Assembly: GCA_964627755.1 (NCBI GenBank)
Contig: CAZVIH010000066.1
Span: forward strand, 10,501 to 74,500
Source of the DNA: an uncultured Anaerolineales bacterium
GTDB lineage: Bacteria > Chloroflexota > Anaerolineae > Anaerolineales > UBA11858
DNA: 64,000 bases
Reading direction: 5' to 3'
Position 1 is the stretch's first letter. The number at the start of each line of letters is the position of its first letter. Under the pieces are notes generated by a model that did no database searches, had not been told where the DNA came from, and was given only the letters and a program-made list of their open reading frames with translations. The position numbers were made by a program, and so were the translations under genes. Below are positions 62,513 to 64,000 of this stretch, piece after piece.

Positions 62513-64000
62513 ATGGATATCTTGAATTCTCTTAATAGCCAACAAATAAAAGCTGTAACTGCTCCTCCTGGTCCTGTTCTGATTTTAGCTGGACCAGGTT
62601 CCGGAAAAACTCGGGTGTTGACCCACCGGGCTGCTTATCTGATGGGTGAGTTAGGTATTCAGCCATCTCACATGATGGCTGTGACCTTCACGAATAAAGC
62701 TGCCAAGGAAATGGGCAATCGCATCGCGGATCTCCTGGGTCAGCATACCCACGGTATGACCCTGGGAACATTTCACGCTACCTGCGCCCGGACCTTGCGG
62801 ATCGAAGCGGAACATTTGCCGGTAGATAGAAATTATGTGATCTTTGATGCAGATGACCAGACCAAGATTGTCCGCCAGGTTCTCAAGGAACAAAATCTGG
62901 ATGAAAAAAGGTACCGCCCACAGAGTGTGCATGCTTCCATTTCCGCGGCCAAGAATGAACTGTATTTGCCAGAAAGTTTCCCCGTCCAAACCTACCGTGA
63001 TGAAGTAGTCGCCAGAGTATACGAGCAGTATCAGAAGATTTTACTGATGAGCAATGCTATGGATTTTGACGATCTTCTATTGTGGATGGCTATCCTGTTG
63101 AATGATAATGACAAGATCAGGGAAAAATATGCCCGGCGCTACCAACAGATCCTGGTAGATGAATTCCAGGATACCAATATGGCGCAATACACCTTGCTGA
63201 AACACCTGGCATCCTATCATAAGAATATTTTTGTGGTGGGAGATTCCGATCAATCCATCTACCGCTGGCGCGGGGCAGACTATCGTAATGTTCGCCGATT
63301 CGAAGAAGATTTCCCGAACGCCGAAGTGATACTTCTGGAACAGAACTACCGGTCAACCCAGAATATTCTCGATACAGCGATGACGGTCATAAACCGCAAC
63401 AGCAACCGAACACCTAAAAAACTCTTTACAGAGCGGGGTAGCGGGGAAAAGATCTCGATCCGGGAAGCTTATGACGAGCGAGAACAGGCACTTTTTGTGG
63501 TGGACAAGATCATTCAGCAAATAGCCGAGAAGAAAGCATCTCCGGCAGATTTTGCAGTGATGTACAGAACCAACGCTCAATCTCGCCAGGTAGAAGAAGC
63601 CTTTTTATCTGCTAATCTTCCCTATAAGCTGGTTGGTGCCCAGCGCTTTTACGGACGGCGCGAGGTCAAGGATGTGATAGCTTACCTCAGGCTGGTAGCT
63701 AATCCTGATGACGGGTTCAGCCTGGCCCGGATCATAAACACTCCCAGCCGTCTGATTGGCGCAAAAACATTTGCCGAATTAATAACCATTGCCGGTCAGC
63801 TTGAGATTACACCAGGAAAATTACTACTTAATCTTGGTCAGGATGAACACCCTGATTTGGATTCCTTTTCAACAGCGGCCGGCAAAAGGTTGGCTGGTTT
63901 TGGGCATTTATTCTTTAAATGGCGGAAATCGTATGATACCCTGCCGCCAGTGGAAACCGTTGATCTGATTCTGGATGACATAGATTTTCGCAATTATATA
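62513..64000 (+). CDS. pcrA: UvrD/PcrA-family ATP-dependent DNA helicase, N-terminal 496 codons (3' end outside window)
   Basis: Absent from the ORF track because no stop is reached. My translation is open from ATG 62513 to base 64000. Motifs AGPGSGKT (I), TFTNKAAKEM (Ia), VDEFQDTN (II), VVGDSDQSIYRWRGA (III), LEQNYRST (IV). Confidence 0.9.
   Translation, partial: MDILNSLNSQQIKAVTAPPGPVLILAGPGSGKTRVLTHRAAYLMGELGIQPSHMMAVTFTNKAAKEMGNRIADLLGQHTHGMTLGTFHATCARTLRIEAEHLPVDRNYVIFDADDQTKIVRQVLKEQNLDEKRYRPQSVHASISAAKNELYLPESFPVQTYRDEVVARVYEQYQKILLMSNAMDFDDLLLWMAILLNDNDKIREKYARRYQQILVDEFQDTNMAQYTLLKHLASYHKNIFVVGDSDQSIYRWRGADYRNVRRFEEDFPNAEVILLEQNYRSTQNILDTAMTVINRNSNRTPKKLFTERGSGEKISIREAYDEREQALFVVDKIIQQIAEKKASPADFAVMYRTNAQSRQVEEAFLSANLPYKLVGAQRFYGRREVKDVIAYLRLVANPDDGFSLARIINTPSRLIGAKTFAELITIAGQLEITPGKLLLNLGQDEHPDLDSFSTAAGKRLAGFGHLFFKWRKSYDTLPPVETVDLILDDIDFRNYI

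Overview
Gene-dense, mostly housekeeping chromosomal window, about 58 protein genes and 2 tRNAs. I found no rRNA, CRISPR array, transposase, integrase or phage genes.

The gene content suggests a monoderm-like, Chloroflexota/Anaerolineae-type bacterium. This is inference only, from the many lipobox lipoproteins, Pro/Thr-rich linkers and SH3b-like domains.

Confident genes and clusters:
- PP2C phosphatase with a vWA/FHA membrane protein, then maf, a class B PBP and rsgA.
- A peptide ABC system in the order SBP, D, F, SBP, B, C.
- tRNA-Gln, glmU, cdd, murJ.
- A methyl-cycle pair (adenosine kinase and ahcY).
- A Tat-lipoprotein DUF362 paired with a NapH-like polyferredoxin.
- Convergent ppk1 and ppx.
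- A YtrA-type GntR operon (SPFH protein, small beta-rich protein, ABC-2 exporter).
- recA, an M23 peptidase, a TolB-like protein and an rsmF-like methyltransferase.
- Two tandem degV genes, tRNA-Arg(GCG), htrA, a TPR-SLT protein, nth, an asparaginase-II family gene, a GAF-PAS histidine kinase, holB, and pcrA/uvrD (which runs off the right edge and is missing from the ORF track).

Most interesting observations:
1. A recurrent leaderless-mRNA layout at seven genes: an (often extended) -10 box lies 6-9 nt before the ATG and there is no SD. This includes a back-to-back holB/pcrA pair.
2. An orphan strong terminator with upstream promoter-like elements at 51456-51666, between tRNA-Arg and htrA. This is a candidate sRNA of about 180 nt.
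3. The GntR-SPFH-(tubby/LURP-like?)-ABC-2 module.
4. The exported DUF362 plus membrane polyferredoxin pair.
5. A Cheo-type LexA-like box overlapping the recA -10.
6. A genomically encoded G34 tRNA-Arg.

I see no clear-cut novel defence or mobile system. All family calls come from motifs read by eye and need HMM or structure confirmation.
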